A DNA stretch of 64,000 nt from Sphaerodactylus townsendi. Its lineage: Eukaryota. Positions 63,492-64,000 of the stretch are shown piece by piece (the stretch's first letter is position 1; every line of letters begins with the position of its first letter). The notes under the pieces are model-generated. The model made no database searches. It saw only the letters and a list, made by a program, of their open reading frames with translations, and was not told the DNA's origin. The stretch covers positions 25,482,001-25,546,000 of the forward strand of contig NC_059436.1 in NCBI RefSeq assembly GCF_021028975.2, read 5' to 3'. The translations under genes were made by a program, and so were the position numbers.

Positions 63492-64000
63492 AACATAAGA
63501 ACTAGCCAGCTGGATCAGACCAGAGTGCATCTAGTCCAGCACTCTGCTACTCGCAGTGGCCCACCAGGTGCCTTTGAGAGCTCACGTGCAGGATGTGAAA
63601 GCAATGGCCTTCTGCTGTTGCTGCTCCCGATCACCTGGTCTGTTAAGGCATTTGCAACCTCAGATCAAGGAGGATCAAGCTTGGTAGCCATAGATCGACT
63701 TCTCCTCCATAAAACTGTCCAAGCCCTTTTTAAAGCTATCCAGGTTAGTGGCCATCACCACCTCCTGTGGCAGCATATTCCAAATGCCAATCACACGTTG
63801 CATGAAGAAGTGTTTCCTTTTATTAGCCCTAATTCTTCCCCCCAGCATTTTCAATGGATGCCCCCTGGTTCTAGTATTGTGAGAAAGAGAGAAAAATTTC
63901 TCTCTGTCAACATTTTCTACCCCATGCATAATTTTATAGACTTCAATCATATCCCCCCTCAGACGTCTCCTCTCCAAACTAAAGAGCCCCAAACGCTGCA
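63492..64000 (-). mobile_element. CR1 LINE 3' end (continues beyond the window)
   Basis: ORF LGLFSLERRRLRGDMIEVYKIM...TRGH...WNMLPQEVV, the canonical CR1 ORF2 C-terminus. Confidence 0.93.

Overview
GC-rich vertebrate genomic DNA, most likely from a squamate reptile (possibly a gecko), judging by Sauria/Squam-type and 5S-derived SINEs, CR1/L2/RTE LINE fragments and hAT MITEs. It is syntenic with human 11q23.3. Gene order: BACE1 exon 1 (-), C2CD2L/TMEM24 (-, 14 exons, one cut by an N gap), DPAGT1 (+, 9 exons), H2AX (+, intronless), HMBS (-, 14 coding exons), VPS11 (-, 16 exons) and HYOU1 (+, first 16 coding exons, runs off the window). Exon boundaries were traced by hand from splice signals and phase continuity; protein comparisons are against human sequences recalled from memory, not database searches. 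The main points of interest are: (1) a very divergent H2AX (about 23 substitutions in the 104-residue core, SQEY kept) whose histone stem-loop looks decayed; (2) a chain of phase-compatible exon-like segments on the minus strand between DPAGT1 and H2AX, a possible unannotated gene or lncRNA from the H2AX promoter; (3) BACE1 next to C2CD2L, unlike in human; (4) three non-canonical introns (AT-AC and GC-AG in VPS11, U12 GT-AG in HMBS); (5) only about 280 bp between the VPS11 stop and the HMBS ATG; (6) an exact 43-nt intronic copy of a C2CD2L exon segment; (7) inverted CR1 pairs inside HYOU1.
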